In this document: positions 24,727-36,817 of the stretch, piece after piece
Numbering within the stretch: the stretch's first letter is position 1
How the letters are laid out: the number at the start of each line of letters is the position of its first letter
NCBI RefSeq assembly: GCF_055900595.2
Contig: NZ_CM148325.1
Length of the DNA stretch: 64,000 nt
Strand: one strand, 5' to 3'
Notes under the pieces: model-generated
What the model saw: only the letters and a program-made list of their open reading frames with translations
What the model was told of the DNA's origin: nothing
Databases searched by the model: none
Made by a program: the position numbers and the translations under genes

Positions 24727-24805
24727 GTAGGCCGGATAAGGCGTTCACGCCGCATCCGGTGTTGAGTAATGATGCCTGAGAAGAGGCGGTTCGTCTTATC
24801 AGACT
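24727..24805. repeat. REP elements in the yqjI-yqjH intergenic region
   Basis: GTAGGCCGGATAAGGCGTTCACGCCGCATCCGG plus a second partial copy. Confidence 0.6.
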
Positions 24806-24845
24806 ATAGACATATCAGTTCTACAAATCGCTTGCATTTATCACG

Positions 24846-24866
24846 ATTAACAATCATTATCATTTA
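24846..24866. promoter_or_regulatory. candidate Fur box upstream of yqjH
   Basis: AATCATTATC matches a Fur consensus half-site; yqjH is a ferric reductase gene. Confidence 0.4.
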
Positions 24867-24913
24867 ATAATTTTATTTAGATATATCTGATTATCATCAC
24901 GAAGGCGATAACA

Positions 24914-25678
24914 ATGAATAATTCCCCCAGCTACCCACAGCGCGTTCGCAATGATCTGCGCTTCCGTGAACTGACTGTGTTACGCGTTGAGCGTATCAGT
25001 GCCGGTTTTCAGCGCATTGTCCTCAGCGGCGAGGCGCTGGACGGTTTTACATCGCGCGGCTTTGACGATCACAGCAAACTCTTCTTTCCTCAATCTGACG
25101 TTCACTTTGTGCCGCCAACGGTAACGGAAGAGGGGATCGTCTGGCCGGAAGGACCACGCCCACCGTCGCGTGACTATACGCCACTGTATGACGAACAACG
25201 TCATGAACTGGCGATCGATTTCTTTATTCACGACGGCGGAGTCGCCAGCAGCTGGGCGATGCAGGCGCAACCGGGCGATAAACTCACGGTGGCAGGGCCG
25301 CGCGGTTCGCTGGTGGTGCCGGAAGATTACGCGTATCAGGTGTATGTTTGCGATGAGTCCGGAATGCCGGCACTGCGCCGCCGCCTGGAAACGTTGAGTA
25401 AACTTGCCGTTAAACCGCAAGTTACCGCGCTGGTCAGTGTACAGGATAACGCCTGTCAGGATTATCTCGCGCACCTTGATGGTTTTAATATCGAATGGTT
25501 GGCGCATGATGAGGAGGCGGTAGACGCACGCCTGGCGCAGCTGCAAATCCCTGCCGATGATTACTTCATCTGGATAACCGGCGAAGGCAAAGTAGTTAAG
25601 AATTTAAGCAGCCGCTTTGAAGCGGAACAGTATGACCCACAGCGGGTACGCGCAGCGGCTTACTGGCACGAAAAGTAA
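24914..25678 (+). CDS. yqjH: NADPH-dependent ferric-chelate (siderophore) reductase YqjH
   Basis: 254 aa, FAD-binding siderophore-interacting fold. Confidence 0.9.
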   Translation: MNNSPSYPQRVRNDLRFRELTVLRVERISAGFQRIVLSGEALDGFTSRGFDDHSKLFFPQSDVHFVPPTVTEEGIVWPEGPRPPSRDYTPLYDEQRHELAIDFFIHDGGVASSWAMQAQPGDKLTVAGPRGSLVVPEDYAYQVYVCDESGMPALRRRLETLSKLAVKPQVTALVSVQDNACQDYLAHLDGFNIEWLAHDEEAVDARLAQLQIPADDYFIWITGEGKVVKNLSSRFEAEQYDPQRVRAAAYWHEK

Positions 25679-25697
25679 CTGATATATAAAAAGAAAA

Positions 25698-25724
25698 AGG
25701 CTGACGATTTCTCGTCAGCCTTTG
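25698..25724. terminator. bidirectional intrinsic terminator (yqjH on plus, ileX on minus)
   Basis: AGGCTGACGA-TTTC-TCGTCAGCCT perfect 10 bp stem; minus strand followed by TTTTTCTTTTT. Confidence 0.65.
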
Positions 25725-25731
25725 CTATGTC

Positions 25732-25807
25732 TGGTGGCCCCTGCTGGACTTGAACCAGCGACCAAGCGATTATGAGTCGCCTGCTCTAACCACTGAGCTA
25801 AGGGGCC
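25732..25807 (-). tRNA. ileX: tRNA-Ile2 (anticodon CAU, lysidine-modified), 76 nt with encoded CCA
   Basis: reverse complement reads GGCCCCTTAGCTCAGTGGTTAGAGCAGGCGACTCATAATCGC...GGTTCAAGTCC...GGGGCCACCA. Confidence 0.88.
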
Positions 25808-25931
25808 ATGGTAGCGGATTATAAAGTAACTCCGTGTCGCAATCCAGCCATTACCGCTCGCCTGCTGTTTTTATAAACAATGTATTTTCAATCCGTTATA
25901 CTTTTCCTGGTGATGTTAGAAAGGAGTAAAT

Positions 25932-26438
25932 ATGGTTGAGGATATTTTGGCTCCAGGGTTACGGGTTGTGTTTTGCGGTATCAATCCTGGTCTTTCATCC
26001 GCCGGAACTGGTTTTCCCTTTGCTCATCCGGCAAATCGCTTCTGGAAGGTGATATATCAGGCTGGGTTTACCGACCGTCAGTTGAAGCCGCAGGAGGCAC
26101 AGCATCTGCTGGATTATCGTTGTGGTGTCACCAAACTGGTAGACCGTCCAACGGTGCAAGCCAATGAAGTTTCAAAGCAGGAGCTGCACGCAGGCGGGCG
26201 TAAGCTGATTGAAAAAATTGAGGATTATCAACCACAAGCGTTGGCAATTCTGGGCAAACAGGCGTTTGAGCAAGGATTCAGCCAACGCGGTGCACAGTGG
26301 GGGAAGCAAACGCTCACTATTGGTTCGACGCAGATTTGGGTACTGCCAAATCCCAGCGGTTTAAGTCGCGTTTCACTGGAGAAACTGGTTGAGGCGTATC
26401 GGGAACTGGACCAGGCGCTGGTAGTGCGTGGGCGATAA
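25932..26438 (+). CDS. mug: G/U mismatch-specific DNA glycosylase Mug
   Basis: 168 aa, UDG-family fold. Confidence 0.92.
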   Translation: MVEDILAPGLRVVFCGINPGLSSAGTGFPFAHPANRFWKVIYQAGFTDRQLKPQEAQHLLDYRCGVTKLVDRPTVQANEVSKQELHAGGRKLIEKIEDYQPQALAILGKQAFEQGFSQRGAQWGKQTLTIGSTQIWVLPNPSGLSRVSLEKLVEAYRELDQALVVRGR

Positions 26439-26441
26439 AAA

Positions 26442-26465
26442 ACGCCACCGAAAAGGTGGCGTTTG
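26442..26465. terminator. bidirectional intrinsic terminator (mug / rpoD)
   Basis: ACGCCACC-GAAAA-GGTGGCGT flanked by A-run and T-run. Confidence 0.65.
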
Positions 26466-26479
26466 TGCAAAGGGAAAAG

Positions 26480-26513
26480 TGCCGGATGTGGCGTAACGCC
26501 TGATCCGGCCTAC
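26480..26513. repeat. REP element
   Basis: GTGCCGGATGTGGCGTAACGCCTGATCCGGCCTAC. Confidence 0.6.
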
Positions 26514-26516
26514 CGA

Positions 26517-28358
26517 TTAATCGTCCAGGAAGCTACGCAGTACTTCAGAACGGCTCGGGTGACGCAGTTTACGCAGCGCCTTTGCTTCGATCTGACGGAT
26601 ACGTTCACGGGTAACGTCGAACTGTTTACCCACTTCTTCCAGCGTGTGGTCGGTGTTCATATCGATACCGAAGCGCATACGCAGAACTTTCGCTTCACGC
26701 GCGGTCAGGCCAGCCAGCACGTCGTGCGTTGCCGCACGCAGGCTTTCGGTGGTCGCAGAATCCAGCGGCAGCTCGAGGGTGGTATCCTCGATGAAATCCC
26801 CCAGATGCGAATCTTCATCATCACCGATCGGCGTTTCCATGGAGATTGGCTCTTTGGCGATCTTCAGCACTTTGCGGATCTTGTCTTCCGGCATCAGCAT
26901 ACGTTCAGCCAGTTCTTCCGGCGTCGGCTCGCGGCCCATCTCTTGCAGCATCTGGCGAGAAATACGGTTGAGCTTGTTGATAGTCTCAATCATATGCACT
27001 GGAATACGGATGGTGCGCGCCTGATCCGCGATAGAACGAGTAATCGCCTGACGGATCCACCAGGTTGCGTAGGTGGAGAACTTGTAACCACGGCGATATT
27101 CGAACTTATCTACCGCTTTCATCAGGCCGATGTTACCTTCCTGAATCAGGTCAAGGAACTGCAAGCCACGGTTGGTGTATTTCTTAGCGATAGAAATAAC
27201 CAGACGTAGGTTCGCTTCAACCATCTCTTTCTTCGCACGGCGGGCTTTCGCTTCACCGATGGACATACGACGGTTGATATCTTTAACCTGCTCGATGGTC
27301 AGGCCGGTTTCTTCTTCAATCTGCTGCAGTTTCTGCAGGGCGCGATGCACTTCTTCAGAGACATCGTGCAGTTTTTCCGACCACGGCTTGTTCATCGCAA
27401 TTGCCGCGTTGAACCAGGTATCGCTGGTTTCGTTGCCGGTAAACAGGGTAATGAAGTTTTTCTTCGGCATTTTGCACTGCTCAACGCAGAGCTTCATGAT
27501 CAGACGTTCTTGCGTACGAACGCGGTCCATCATGACGCGCATGCTGTTGACCAGGTAGTCAAACTGCTTCGGCACCAGGCGGAACTGTTTGAATACTTCA
27601 GACAGTTTCAGGATCTCTTCCTGAGCGGCTGCGTGACTGCGACCTTTCGCTTTGATGGTGTCACGCGTTACAACGTACTGAGCGCGCAGTTCCGCAAATT
27701 TTTCGCGAGCCAGTTCCGGGTCGATGCTGTTGTCATCATCGGCGCTATCGTCATCGCCATCTTCTTCGTCTTCATCTTCGTCATCGTCCAGATCTTCCTG
27801 GGAAAGCTCAGAACCGACGTGAGTGGCGGTAGGTGCCAGATCTTCTTCTGCGTTCGGGTCAACAAAGCCGGTGATCAGATCGGACAGACGCGCTTCTTCT
27901 GCTTCAACACGATCGTACTGTTCCAGCAGATAGGTGATCGCTTCCGGATATTCAGCAACGGAGCATTGAACCTGGTTGATCCCGTCTTCAATACGCTTAG
28001 CGATGTCAATTTCGCCTTCGCGGGTCAACAGTTCAACGGTGCCCATTTCACGCATGTACATGCGTACCGGGTCAGTCGTGCGCCCGATTTCAGATTCCAC
28101 GCTGGAAAGCACCTGCGCGGCGGCTTCGGCAGCATCTTCGTCCGCGGTGTTTTCAGCCAGCATCAGATCATCGGCATCCGGTGCTTCTTCCATCACCTGA
28201 ATGCCCATGTCGTTGATCATTTGGATGATGTCTTCGATCTGATCTGAATCGACGATATCTTCCGGCAGATGGTCATTGACCTCGGCATAGGTCAGATAGC
28301 CTTGCTCCTTACCACGGGTGACAAGAAGTTTCAGCTGTGACTGCGGGTTTTGCTCCAT
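26517..28358 (-). CDS. rpoD: RNA polymerase sigma-70 RpoD
   Basis: 613 aa, acidic region 1.1/non-conserved region, conserved regions 2-4. Confidence 0.96.
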   Translation of the reverse strand: MEQNPQSQLKLLVTRGKEQGYLTYAEVNDHLPEDIVDSDQIEDIIQMINDMGIQVMEEAPDADDLMLAENTADEDAAEAAAQVLSSVESEIGRTTDPVRMYMREMGTVELLTREGEIDIAKRIEDGINQVQCSVAEYPEAITYLLEQYDRVEAEEARLSDLITGFVDPNAEEDLAPTATHVGSELSQEDLDDDEDEDEEDGDDDSADDDNSIDPELAREKFAELRAQYVVTRDTIKAKGRSHAAAQEEILKLSEVFKQFRLVPKQFDYLVNSMRVMMDRVRTQERLIMKLCVEQCKMPKKNFITLFTGNETSDTWFNAAIAMNKPWSEKLHDVSEEVHRALQKLQQIEEETGLTIEQVKDINRRMSIGEAKARRAKKEMVEANLRLVISIAKKYTNRGLQFLDLIQEGNIGLMKAVDKFEYRRGYKFSTYATWWIRQAITRSIADQARTIRIPVHMIETINKLNRISRQMLQEMGREPTPEELAERMLMPEDKIRKVLKIAKEPISMETPIGDDEDSHLGDFIEDTTLELPLDSATTESLRAATHDVLAGLTAREAKVLRMRFGIDMNTDHTLEEVGKQFDVTRERIRQIEAKALRKLRHPSRSEVLRSFLDD

Positions 28359-28552
28359 AAGACGGTATCCACACTTATTTCATGAGGTTGGTGTTGGGCG
28401 ATTGACCCGCTGTCCTTCAGCCGTTAACGCTGAAATCCAACGGTTATTTACCGCCAACGATAATTACGAGGGCGTACTTATATATTTGCCGCTGCCTCTC
28501 AGTGCGGCTGTCGGGGGCTTCCCGATCGCTCTTCGGCACTTAAGCCGTTAAA

Positions 28553-30298
28553 TTACTTTTTCGCCAGCTCCTGGTTTAATGTCCAGAGCTCCAGGCGTTC
28601 TTCGTTGCTTAAACCATGCGTGCGCTCACGAGCGATTAACTCTTCCTGGCGCAGTTCAAGCAGCGAATCAAACATATGGTTGAGTGAGTCGGTGAAGGTT
28701 TGCTCAGCAATATTCCTATCTGCTATATCGTCCCACATCGACAGTTTTTCAAGGGTGGCAGCATTATTTGTACCACGATAGTGCTCTAAAAGTTGCCCGG
28801 TGGTCAGACCCGGCTGAGAGAGACAAGTGTTGACCAGTTCTCTGAATAAGCCAAGTCCAGGGAGCTTATTTTCATCCAGATTCTCAAGCGGCGGGACCAA
28901 TGTCGCTAATTCTGGATTTTGCACCAGCAACCCTATAAGTATACGCATGGTCGTGCGTTTTAGCTGTGGAACAGGGCGAGAAACGCTGCTCTCCGCCGCT
29001 TTTGGCATTAATCGTTCAAGCTGGCTGTCATCAAGTATGCCTAATTTGTTGCCTAATTCCTGACGAAGATATATTCGCAGCGTTTCGCCCGGCACCTGCG
29101 ATATCAATGGCAGTGCCAGCGTACTCAAACGTGCGCGCCCGTCAGGGGTACTCAGATCAACTTGCGGCATCAGACTGTTAAACAGAAAAGCGGAGAGCGG
29201 CATCGCCTGCTCCATCCGCGCTTCAAACGCTTCTTTACCTTCTTTGCGCACCAGCGTGTCAGGGTCTTCGCCATCAGGCAAAAACATAAAACGTAGCTGC
29301 CGTCCGTCTGTCATGTAAGGCAACGCCGTTTCCAACGCTCGCCAGGCAGCATCGCGACCGGCACGGTCGCCGTCATAACAGCAAATGACATTGTTGGTCG
29401 CGCGGAACAACAACTGAATGTGATCGGCAGTGGTTGACGTGCCTAACGACGCGACAGCGTAATTAATGCCGTATTGCGCCAACGCCACCACGTCCATATA
29501 GCCTTCGACCACAAGCAGACGATTGGGTTCAGCGTTATCCTGCTGCGCCTCATAAAGACCGTATAGCTGGCGGCCTTTATGGAAAATATCGGTTTCCGGC
29601 GAGTTCAGGTATTTGGGGGTATCGTTGCCCAACACGCGCCCGCCAAAACCAATCACCCGACCGCGTTTATCGCGAATGGGGAACATCACCCGCTCGCGGA
29701 AACGATCGTAACTGCGACCCTGATCGTTGGTGACCAACATGCCCGCATCAATCAATGACTGACGATTTTCTGGATTACCGCCAAACCGTTTCAGGACGTT
29801 GTCCCAGCCGGGGGGCGCAAAACCAATCGCAAAGCGGGCGATAACCTCGTGGCTTAATCCGCGTTTTTCCAGATACTGGCGCGCAGACGTGGCAACAGGT
29901 TGCTGTAAAGATTGTTGGTAAAACGTATTCAGACCGTCCATCAACTGATAAAGCGTTTGCCGTTGATGGCGCTCGATCTGACTGGGGCCGCTGCCTGCTT
30001 CAAATGGCACTTCAAGATTGTGCATTGCCGCCAGCTCTTCGACCGTTTCGACGAACTCGAGCTTGTCGTAGTTCATCAGGAAGTCGATCGCGTTGCCGTG
30101 CGCGCCACATCCAAAGCAGTGGTAAAACTGTTTCTCACCGTTAACGGTGAATGACGGGGTTTTCTCGTTGTGGAATGGACAACACGCGTGAAAATTCTTG
30201 CCCTGCTTTTTCAGCTTTACACGGGCATCGATCAGATCGACGATGTCAGTGCGTGCCAGCAGATCATTAATGAATACGCGTGGGATTCGTCCAGCCAT
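28553..30298 (-). CDS. dnaG: DNA primase DnaG
   Basis: 581 aa, N-terminal zinc ribbon (CPFHNEKTPSF), TOPRIM core. Confidence 0.96.
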   Translation of the reverse strand: MAGRIPRVFINDLLARTDIVDLIDARVKLKKQGKNFHACCPFHNEKTPSFTVNGEKQFYHCFGCGAHGNAIDFLMNYDKLEFVETVEELAAMHNLEVPFEAGSGPSQIERHQRQTLYQLMDGLNTFYQQSLQQPVATSARQYLEKRGLSHEVIARFAIGFAPPGWDNVLKRFGGNPENRQSLIDAGMLVTNDQGRSYDRFRERVMFPIRDKRGRVIGFGGRVLGNDTPKYLNSPETDIFHKGRQLYGLYEAQQDNAEPNRLLVVEGYMDVVALAQYGINYAVASLGTSTTADHIQLLFRATNNVICCYDGDRAGRDAAWRALETALPYMTDGRQLRFMFLPDGEDPDTLVRKEGKEAFEARMEQAMPLSAFLFNSLMPQVDLSTPDGRARLSTLALPLISQVPGETLRIYLRQELGNKLGILDDSQLERLMPKAAESSVSRPVPQLKRTTMRILIGLLVQNPELATLVPPLENLDENKLPGLGLFRELVNTCLSQPGLTTGQLLEHYRGTNNAATLEKLSMWDDIADRNIAEQTFTDSLNHMFDSLLELRQEELIARERTHGLSNEERLELWTLNQELAKK

Positions 30299-30408
30299 AG
30301 GCCCCGATTTTTAGCAATTCATAAACGAAAATAAGCCGCGCATTCCTTTCGGAAGCACGGCCTTACAACTACAACTCGGTCTGATCGGAGAGCAACGCTC
30401 TCGGGGAA

Positions 30409-30663
<255 letters not shown>

Positions 30664-30861
30664 TCAACGCCAGCTTATTTCAAAATGGTGCGGAATTTTA
30701 CTGCAATTGCTGCTGCTTTGTAAAGCACCGCGGCCTTTTTTGAAAGGGACTTTTATAAGGGTGAGGAGTATACACGAGGCTTTCTCCAGGGGCGAACAAA
30801 GTTTTACATCAACCCGCATTGGTCCTACACTGCGCGGTAATAAAGCGAGGTAAAACAAGTC

Positions 30862-31875
30862 ATGCGTGTACTGGGTATTGAAACTTCCTGCGATGAAACC
30901 GGCATCGCCATTTACGACGATGAAAAAGGTTTGTTAGCCAACCAATTGTATAGTCAGGTGAAATTGCACGCTGACTACGGCGGCGTCGTGCCTGAACTGG
31001 CCTCCCGCGATCACGTGCGTAAAACCGTACCGTTGATCCAGGAGGCGCTGAAAGAGTCCGGTTTAACGGCAAAAGACATTGACGCCGTGGCCTATACTGC
31101 AGGCCCTGGATTAGTCGGTGCGCTGTTGGTTGGCGCAACGGTCGGGCGTTCGCTGGCGTTTGCCTGGGGCGTTCCGGCGATCCCGGTACACCATATGGAA
31201 GGGCATCTGTTAGCGCCGATGCTTGAAGATAATCCGCCAGAATTCCCGTTTGTCGCGTTGCTGGTTTCCGGCGGTCATACGCAGTTAATCAGCGTGACTG
31301 GCATTGGTCAGTACGAGCTGCTCGGAGAGTCTATCGATGATGCCGCCGGGGAAGCGTTTGATAAAACCGCGAAGCTGCTGGGGCTGGATTATCCTGGCGG
31401 GCCATTACTGTCGAAAATGGCGGCTCAGGGTACTGCCGGGCGCTTTGTCTTCCCGCGTCCGATGACCGACCGTCCGGGGCTGGATTTCAGCTTTTCTGGT
31501 CTGAAAACCTTTGCGGCGAACACGATTCGTGACAACGGCACCGACGACCAGACGCGTGCTGATATCGCCCGCGCCTTTGAAGATGCGGTGGTCGATACGT
31601 TGATGATTAAGTGTAAGCGAGCGCTGGATCAGACGGGCTTTAAGCGACTGGTAATGGCAGGCGGCGTGAGTGCTAACCGCACGTTACGGGCGAAGCTGGC
31701 TGAAATGATGAAAAAACGCCGTGGCGAAGTGTTCTACGCGCGTCCGGAATTTTGTACTGATAACGGCGCGATGATCGCCTATGCCGGAATGGTGCGGTTT
31801 AAAGCAGGCGCGACGGCGGATCTCGGCGTTAGCGTGCGTCCGCGCTGGCCGCTGGCAGAGTTACCGGCCGCGTAA
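30862..31875 (+). CDS. tsaD: tRNA t6A37 threonylcarbamoyltransferase TsaD
   Basis: 337 aa, Kae1/TsaD family, divergent from rpsU. Confidence 0.93.
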   Translation: MRVLGIETSCDETGIAIYDDEKGLLANQLYSQVKLHADYGGVVPELASRDHVRKTVPLIQEALKESGLTAKDIDAVAYTAGPGLVGALLVGATVGRSLAFAWGVPAIPVHHMEGHLLAPMLEDNPPEFPFVALLVSGGHTQLISVTGIGQYELLGESIDDAAGEAFDKTAKLLGLDYPGGPLLSKMAAQGTAGRFVFPRPMTDRPGLDFSFSGLKTFAANTIRDNGTDDQTRADIARAFEDAVVDTLMIKCKRALDQTGFKRLVMAGGVSANRTLRAKLAEMMKKRRGEVFYARPEFCTDNGAMIAYAGMVRFKAGATADLGVSVRPRWPLAELPAA

Positions 31876-31917
31876 AACTATTAGGTGCCGGAGAGTCACT
31901 TCCGGCACCGTCCTCAC

Positions 31918-33381
31918 TTAAAGCAACACCACGGGCATCCACAGTAAGCCGGTAATCACCAGCAACACGAGGAATATCAGCCCAAAAATTGCACCCAGTC
32001 GCCAGTAATCCACCGTTGGCAGATAACCACTACCGTAGTAAATCGGACTGGGTCCGGTGGCGTATGGTGTAAGAATGCTCCCCAGACCAATGGCCGCGCC
32101 AACCATCAGGCAGAACACGGGAAGCGGGATTTCCGGCATCGCCAGCGCGGCGGCAATCATCATCGGCGCGAGAGCGGAGGTATACGCCGTGGCGCTGGCA
32201 AAGAAGTAGCGTAGCAGATAAAACACCACAATCAACGCCACCATCACCATCGTTGGCGAATAACCGCTTAAGCTGCCTGCTAACAGTTTGCCAAACCAGC
32301 TAATAAAACCGGTGTTGTTGAGTCCGGTAGCGAGGGTGATAAGCGAGGCCAGCCAGAAGAAAACGTTCCACGCCGCTTTATTACTGACAATATCGTCCCA
32401 GCAGATAATGCGCAGAAGCAGCATCAGTGCCACCACGCTGTAACCGACCATCGCGGCATCGATATAATCACCGCCGAAAATCCACAGCACCAGTGCGCCT
32501 ACCATCAGCCCCAGCATCCGTTTTTCACGAGAACAGAGCGGGCCCATTGCCTGCAGTTCCGTCTCTGCCCAGCGCGGCACCTGATCGCCAGACTTCAGTA
32601 CCGGCGGGTACAGCACGTAAGCCAGCCAGGGAACCAGCAGAACCAGTAAAATGCTGAGCGGCAACATCCCGAGGAACCAGTCGCCCCAGCTCAGCGTGGC
32701 GTGAGATGCGCTTTTCATCAGGCCAATTAACAGCAAATTTGGAGCCATCGCCGTCAGGAAAATGGCGCTGGTCACGCAGTCGGCAATAATCCCCATCCAC
32801 ATGATGTACGAGCCAATGCTGCGCGAACTGCTGTCGTTTGGTTGTGATTGATAGAGTGGTGGCAGGTTACGGATGATGGGATAGATAATCCCCGCACCGC
32901 GCGCCGAGTTGGACGGTGTTACAGGTGCCAGGATCAGCTCGGAGAACATTACCGCATAGCCGAGAAACAGCGTACGATGCCCCATCTTTTTCACCAGAAT
33001 CAGCGCGATACGTCGCCCCAGCCCGGTTTTTTCATAGCCTGTGCCAAACATAAAGGCGGCGAAAATCAGCCAGATAACCGAATTAGAAAAACCAGAAACC
33101 GCCCAGGAGAGGGATTTGGCGGTGAACTTAAAACCTGGCTGGGCGAGCTGCTCCGGGCTAAACAGCAGCCACGGCGAGAGAATGGCGATAATGGAGATAC
33201 CCACCATCGCCACCACGGCACCCGGCACGGGTTCGAGGATCAGTCCAACGATCACGCCAGTAAAAACGGCAAAGTAGAGCCAGGTATGACTCTCCAGCCC
33301 TGCGGGAACCGGAATTAGAGCAATAATGGCGATGACCGCCAGCGGCGCAAGGTATCGCCACCATTCAGTGGAAGGTTTCAT
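31918..33381 (-). CDS. ttdT: L-tartrate/succinate antiporter TtdT
   Basis: 487 aa DASS-family transporter downstream of ttdAB. Confidence 0.9.
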   Translation of the reverse strand: MKPSTEWWRYLAPLAVIAIIALIPVPAGLESHTWLYFAVFTGVIVGLILEPVPGAVVAMVGISIIAILSPWLLFSPEQLAQPGFKFTAKSLSWAVSGFSNSVIWLIFAAFMFGTGYEKTGLGRRIALILVKKMGHRTLFLGYAVMFSELILAPVTPSNSARGAGIIYPIIRNLPPLYQSQPNDSSSRSIGSYIMWMGIIADCVTSAIFLTAMAPNLLLIGLMKSASHATLSWGDWFLGMLPLSILLVLLVPWLAYVLYPPVLKSGDQVPRWAETELQAMGPLCSREKRMLGLMVGALVLWIFGGDYIDAAMVGYSVVALMLLLRIICWDDIVSNKAAWNVFFWLASLITLATGLNNTGFISWFGKLLAGSLSGYSPTMVMVALIVVFYLLRYFFASATAYTSALAPMMIAAALAMPEIPLPVFCLMVGAAIGLGSILTPYATGPSPIYYGSGYLPTVDYWRLGAIFGLIFLVLLVITGLLWMPVVLL

Positions 33382-33430
33382 CGTGTTATGCCTGCGAAAA
33401 AGGAGAGGGGGGTGAGCCTCTCCGGGAGGG

Positions 33431-34036
33431 TTATTTGATGTAGTGGACGTGCTCGCAAATCTCTTCCACGATGGGATCGCGGCGTTCGGCGAACAGCTTT
33501 TTGTTTTCGGCTATCAGGTTGTTGCCGTGGGTATCAATAGAGACAATCAGCGGACCGAACTCTTTGACCCGGCAGACCCACAGCGACTCCGGCATCCCGA
33601 GTTCTGTCCAGTGCACCTCTTCAATCTCTTCCACCTGGGTTGCCGCCAGTACTGCGCAGCCTGCCGGGAAAATCACATGCAGCGCCTTGAATTTCTGGCA
33701 GCCTTCTTCGGTCAGCGGCCCCATTCCGCCTTTGCCGACCACCAGTTTCACGCCGGTCTGTTCGATAAATTCACGTTCAAAACTTTCCATACGCATACTG
33801 GTTGTCGGGCCGACGGATACCATCTCCCATTTGTCGCCGTTTTTGCGCACGATGGGGCCAGCGTGGAAAATCGCTTTGCCGTTGAGATCGTAAGGGATCG
33901 GACGTTTGAGTTCGATCAAGCGACGGTGACAAACGTCACGGCAGGTTACCAGCGTACCGGTCAGGTAGATCACATCGCCGACGCGAATATCTTGCAGATC
34001 TTCAGCTTTGATCGGGGTTGTCAGGATCTTTTTCAT
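33431..34036 (-). CDS. ttdB: L(+)-tartrate dehydratase beta subunit
   Basis: 201 aa, fumarase class I C-terminal-like; overlaps ttdA by 4 bp. Confidence 0.92.
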
Positions 34037-34944
34037 AACGCGCTCCGGGTGTGAGACAGATTTTCAAAGGTGAGATCGGCATGAACCAGCAGTGTGCCGC
34101 GACGATGCGCCCAGCAGCCGGTAGAAACAGCAACGCCGATGGTTGACGGATGGCGGGCGGCAGATTCGATATGTACGCCCATCACTGAACTGTTGCCAGT
34201 CAGCCCCTGTGGACCAATCCCCAGACGGTTGAGTCCTTCTTCCAGGCGTAGTTCCAGCTCTGCCGCTTTTGGATTGGGATGGCGGCTGCCAATTGGGCGC
34301 AAAATGGCTTTACGTGAGAGCACAGCGGCGGTTTCCACCGAGGTGGCGATGCCCACGCCTACCAGTACCGGTGGACAGGCGTTTACGGCGAGGGTGGAGA
34401 TATTTTCGAAGACGAATTTCACTACGCCTTCGTAGCCTTCCGACGGCATTAACACTTTCGAACGACCAGGCAACGTGCAGCCGCCGCCTGCCATGTAAAC
34501 TTCGATTTCCGCATCGTCACCGTCGGGGACGATATCCCAGGTGACCCACGGTACGCCGCTGCCGGTATTTTTGCCGGTGTTCACTTCGTCAAAAATTTCT
34601 ACCGCATTGTGACGCAGTGGCGCTTTGACGGTTGCCTCTTCCACGGCTTGCTTAAGAATGCTTTGCAGCTCGCCAAGCAGTGGGAAACGGGAACCGACCT
34701 TAACAAAAAACATGATTTCGCCGGTGTCCTGACAGGCAGGACGATTCAGGTCGATTGCTTTTTGCATGTTGTCGAACATCGTGTGGTAGATGATTTTCCC
34801 CATCGACGACGTTTCGGCATCCTTTAGCTGTTTTAGTTTGTCCACCACGTCATCGGGCATTCGGGTAGAAATCATGGCGGTAAAGTTAGCGACAATCTCC
34901 GTCAACTTATTCACTGCCTGTTGCTTATTACTTTCGCTCATCAT
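34033..34944 (-). CDS. ttdA: L(+)-tartrate dehydratase alpha subunit
   Basis: 303 aa, Fe-S hydro-lyase N-terminal-like domain. Confidence 0.92.
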
Positions 34945-35150
34945 GGCAACTCCAGTTTATGTATTTGTCTGGAAAAATTCACCGCCACAAACTACCACTA
35001 AAAATGTGGTTTTATATTTTTTGCCGCCGTGAATATGTAATTCACAGTTCGTGAATCAACGCGAAAATAAGAATGAATATTGCGCCAGAGCAGGGAATGG
35101 CAATGTTTTGCGAAATACACTGCGCTTATCATAACTGCGGATAATTAACG

Positions 35151-36083
35151 ATGCTGAATAGCTGGCCTTTAGCCAAAGATTTGCAGGTACTGGTAGAAAT
35201 CGTCCACAGCGGGAGTTTTAGCGCCGCAGCGGCGACGCTTGGGCAGACGCCTGCATTTGTCACCAAGCGGATCCAAATCCTTGAAAATACGCTGGCAACA
35301 ACGCTGCTGAACCGCTCCGCTCGCGGCGTGGCGCTGACTGAAAGTGGCCAACGTTGTTACGAGCATGCGCTGGAAATCCTCACCCAATATCAGAGACTGG
35401 TCGATGACGTCACGCAAATCAAAACGCGCCCGGAGGGGATGATTCGTATTGGCTGTAGTTTTGGTTTTGGGCGCAGCCATATTGCGCCAGCTATTACCGA
35501 ACTGATGCGCAATTATCCTGAGTTACAGGTGCATTTTGAATTGTTCGATCGGCAAATTGATTTAGTGCAGGATAATATTGATCTGGATATTCGTATTAAT
35601 GACGAAATTCCTGATTATTATATTGCGCATCTTTTGACAAAAAATAAACGAATATTATGTGCAGCACCTGAGTATCTGCAAAAATATCCGCAGCCACAAT
35701 CCTTGCAGGAATTAAGTCGTCATGACTGTCTGGTGACCAAAGAGCGCGATATGACCCACGGAATATGGGAGTTGGGGAACGGTCAGGAGAAAAAATCGGT
35801 GAAGGTAAGCGGGCACCTTTCCTCCAATAGCGGCGAGATTGTGCTGCAATGGGCGCTGGAAGGAAAAGGAATTATGCTGCGTTCTGAGTGGGATGTTTTA
35901 CCGTTTCTGGAGAGTGGCAAACTGGTGCGAGTATTGCCGGAGTATGCACAAAGCGCCAATATCTGGGCTGTTTACCGGGAGCCGCTCTATCGCAGCATGA
36001 AATTACGTGTCTGCGTGGAATTTCTGGCAGCATGGTGCCAGCAGCGGCTGGGCAAGCCCGACGAAGGCTATCAGGTTATGTAG
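35151..36083 (+). CDS. ttdR: LysR-family activator TtdR
   Basis: 310 aa with N-terminal HTH, divergent from ttdA. Confidence 0.9.
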   Translation: MLNSWPLAKDLQVLVEIVHSGSFSAAAATLGQTPAFVTKRIQILENTLATTLLNRSARGVALTESGQRCYEHALEILTQYQRLVDDVTQIKTRPEGMIRIGCSFGFGRSHIAPAITELMRNYPELQVHFELFDRQIDLVQDNIDLDIRINDEIPDYYIAHLLTKNKRILCAAPEYLQKYPQPQSLQELSRHDCLVTKERDMTHGIWELGNGQEKKSVKVSGHLSSNSGEIVLQWALEGKGIMLRSEWDVLPFLESGKLVRVLPEYAQSANIWAVYREPLYRSMKLRVCVEFLAAWCQQRLGKPDEGYQVM

Positions 36084-36095
36084 ACTCGCGAAAAA

Positions 36096-36713
36096 TCACT
36101 CAGGATCCTTTTCGCGCTTTCTTTTGAATTTCGTCCAGATTTTTGTCTCCTGACGACGCCACAGACGCTGGATGTTGTCATGATGGCGCAGCAGGATCAG
36201 GCATGAGAGCATCGAAACCGGGAAGGTGAATTGTGGCTTAAACCACCAGACGTAAAATGGAGCAATCAGTGCGCTGACAATCGCTCCCAGCGACGAGTAT
36301 CCGCTCAATAGCACGGTCAGTAACCAGGTTCCCGCCATTACTCCGGTGAGATCCCAGCCAATTGGTGCGATGGCACCAAAAGCGGTAGCAACGCCTTTTC
36401 CTCCTTTAAAACCGAAGAAAACGGGCCAGATGTGTCCAAGGCAGGCGGCGATGGCAATTAAGCCTAGCCAGAAGGGGCTGACACCTAATTCATACGCGCC
36501 CCAGACGGGCAACATTCCTTTCAGAACGTCGAAAATCAGTACTGCTACGGCTGCTCCCTTGCCACCGATACGTAACACATTGGTTGCGCCAGGATTACCG
36601 GAGCCGCTGGTTCGCGGATCGGGCAGCCCACACAAGCGGCAAACCAGAATGGCACTGGAAATGGAGCCGCAGAGGTACGCGATGAGGATCATTCCAGGCG
36701 CGATTGCACTCAT
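36096..36713 (-). CDS. plsY: glycerol-3-phosphate acyltransferase PlsY
   Basis: 205 aa polytopic membrane protein. Confidence 0.92.
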
Positions 36714-36817
36714 AAGCTGTTCCGTTTTGAAAATTCGTGTTCAACGATGAATCTGTGGATAATACGCACATTTCGCCGGAAGTGGTATCCGGTTAGCCAA
36801 AAAGCAGGCAGGACGTG

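Noticed and set aside
27345-28247. 300 aa plus-strand ORF and neighbouring ORFs antisense to rpoD
   Set aside because: Antisense to an essential, well-defined gene; the acidic repeat region of rpoD creates long stop-free reverse frames.
33443-34054. 203 aa plus-strand ORF
   Set aside because: Antisense to ttdB, spanning almost exactly the same interval.
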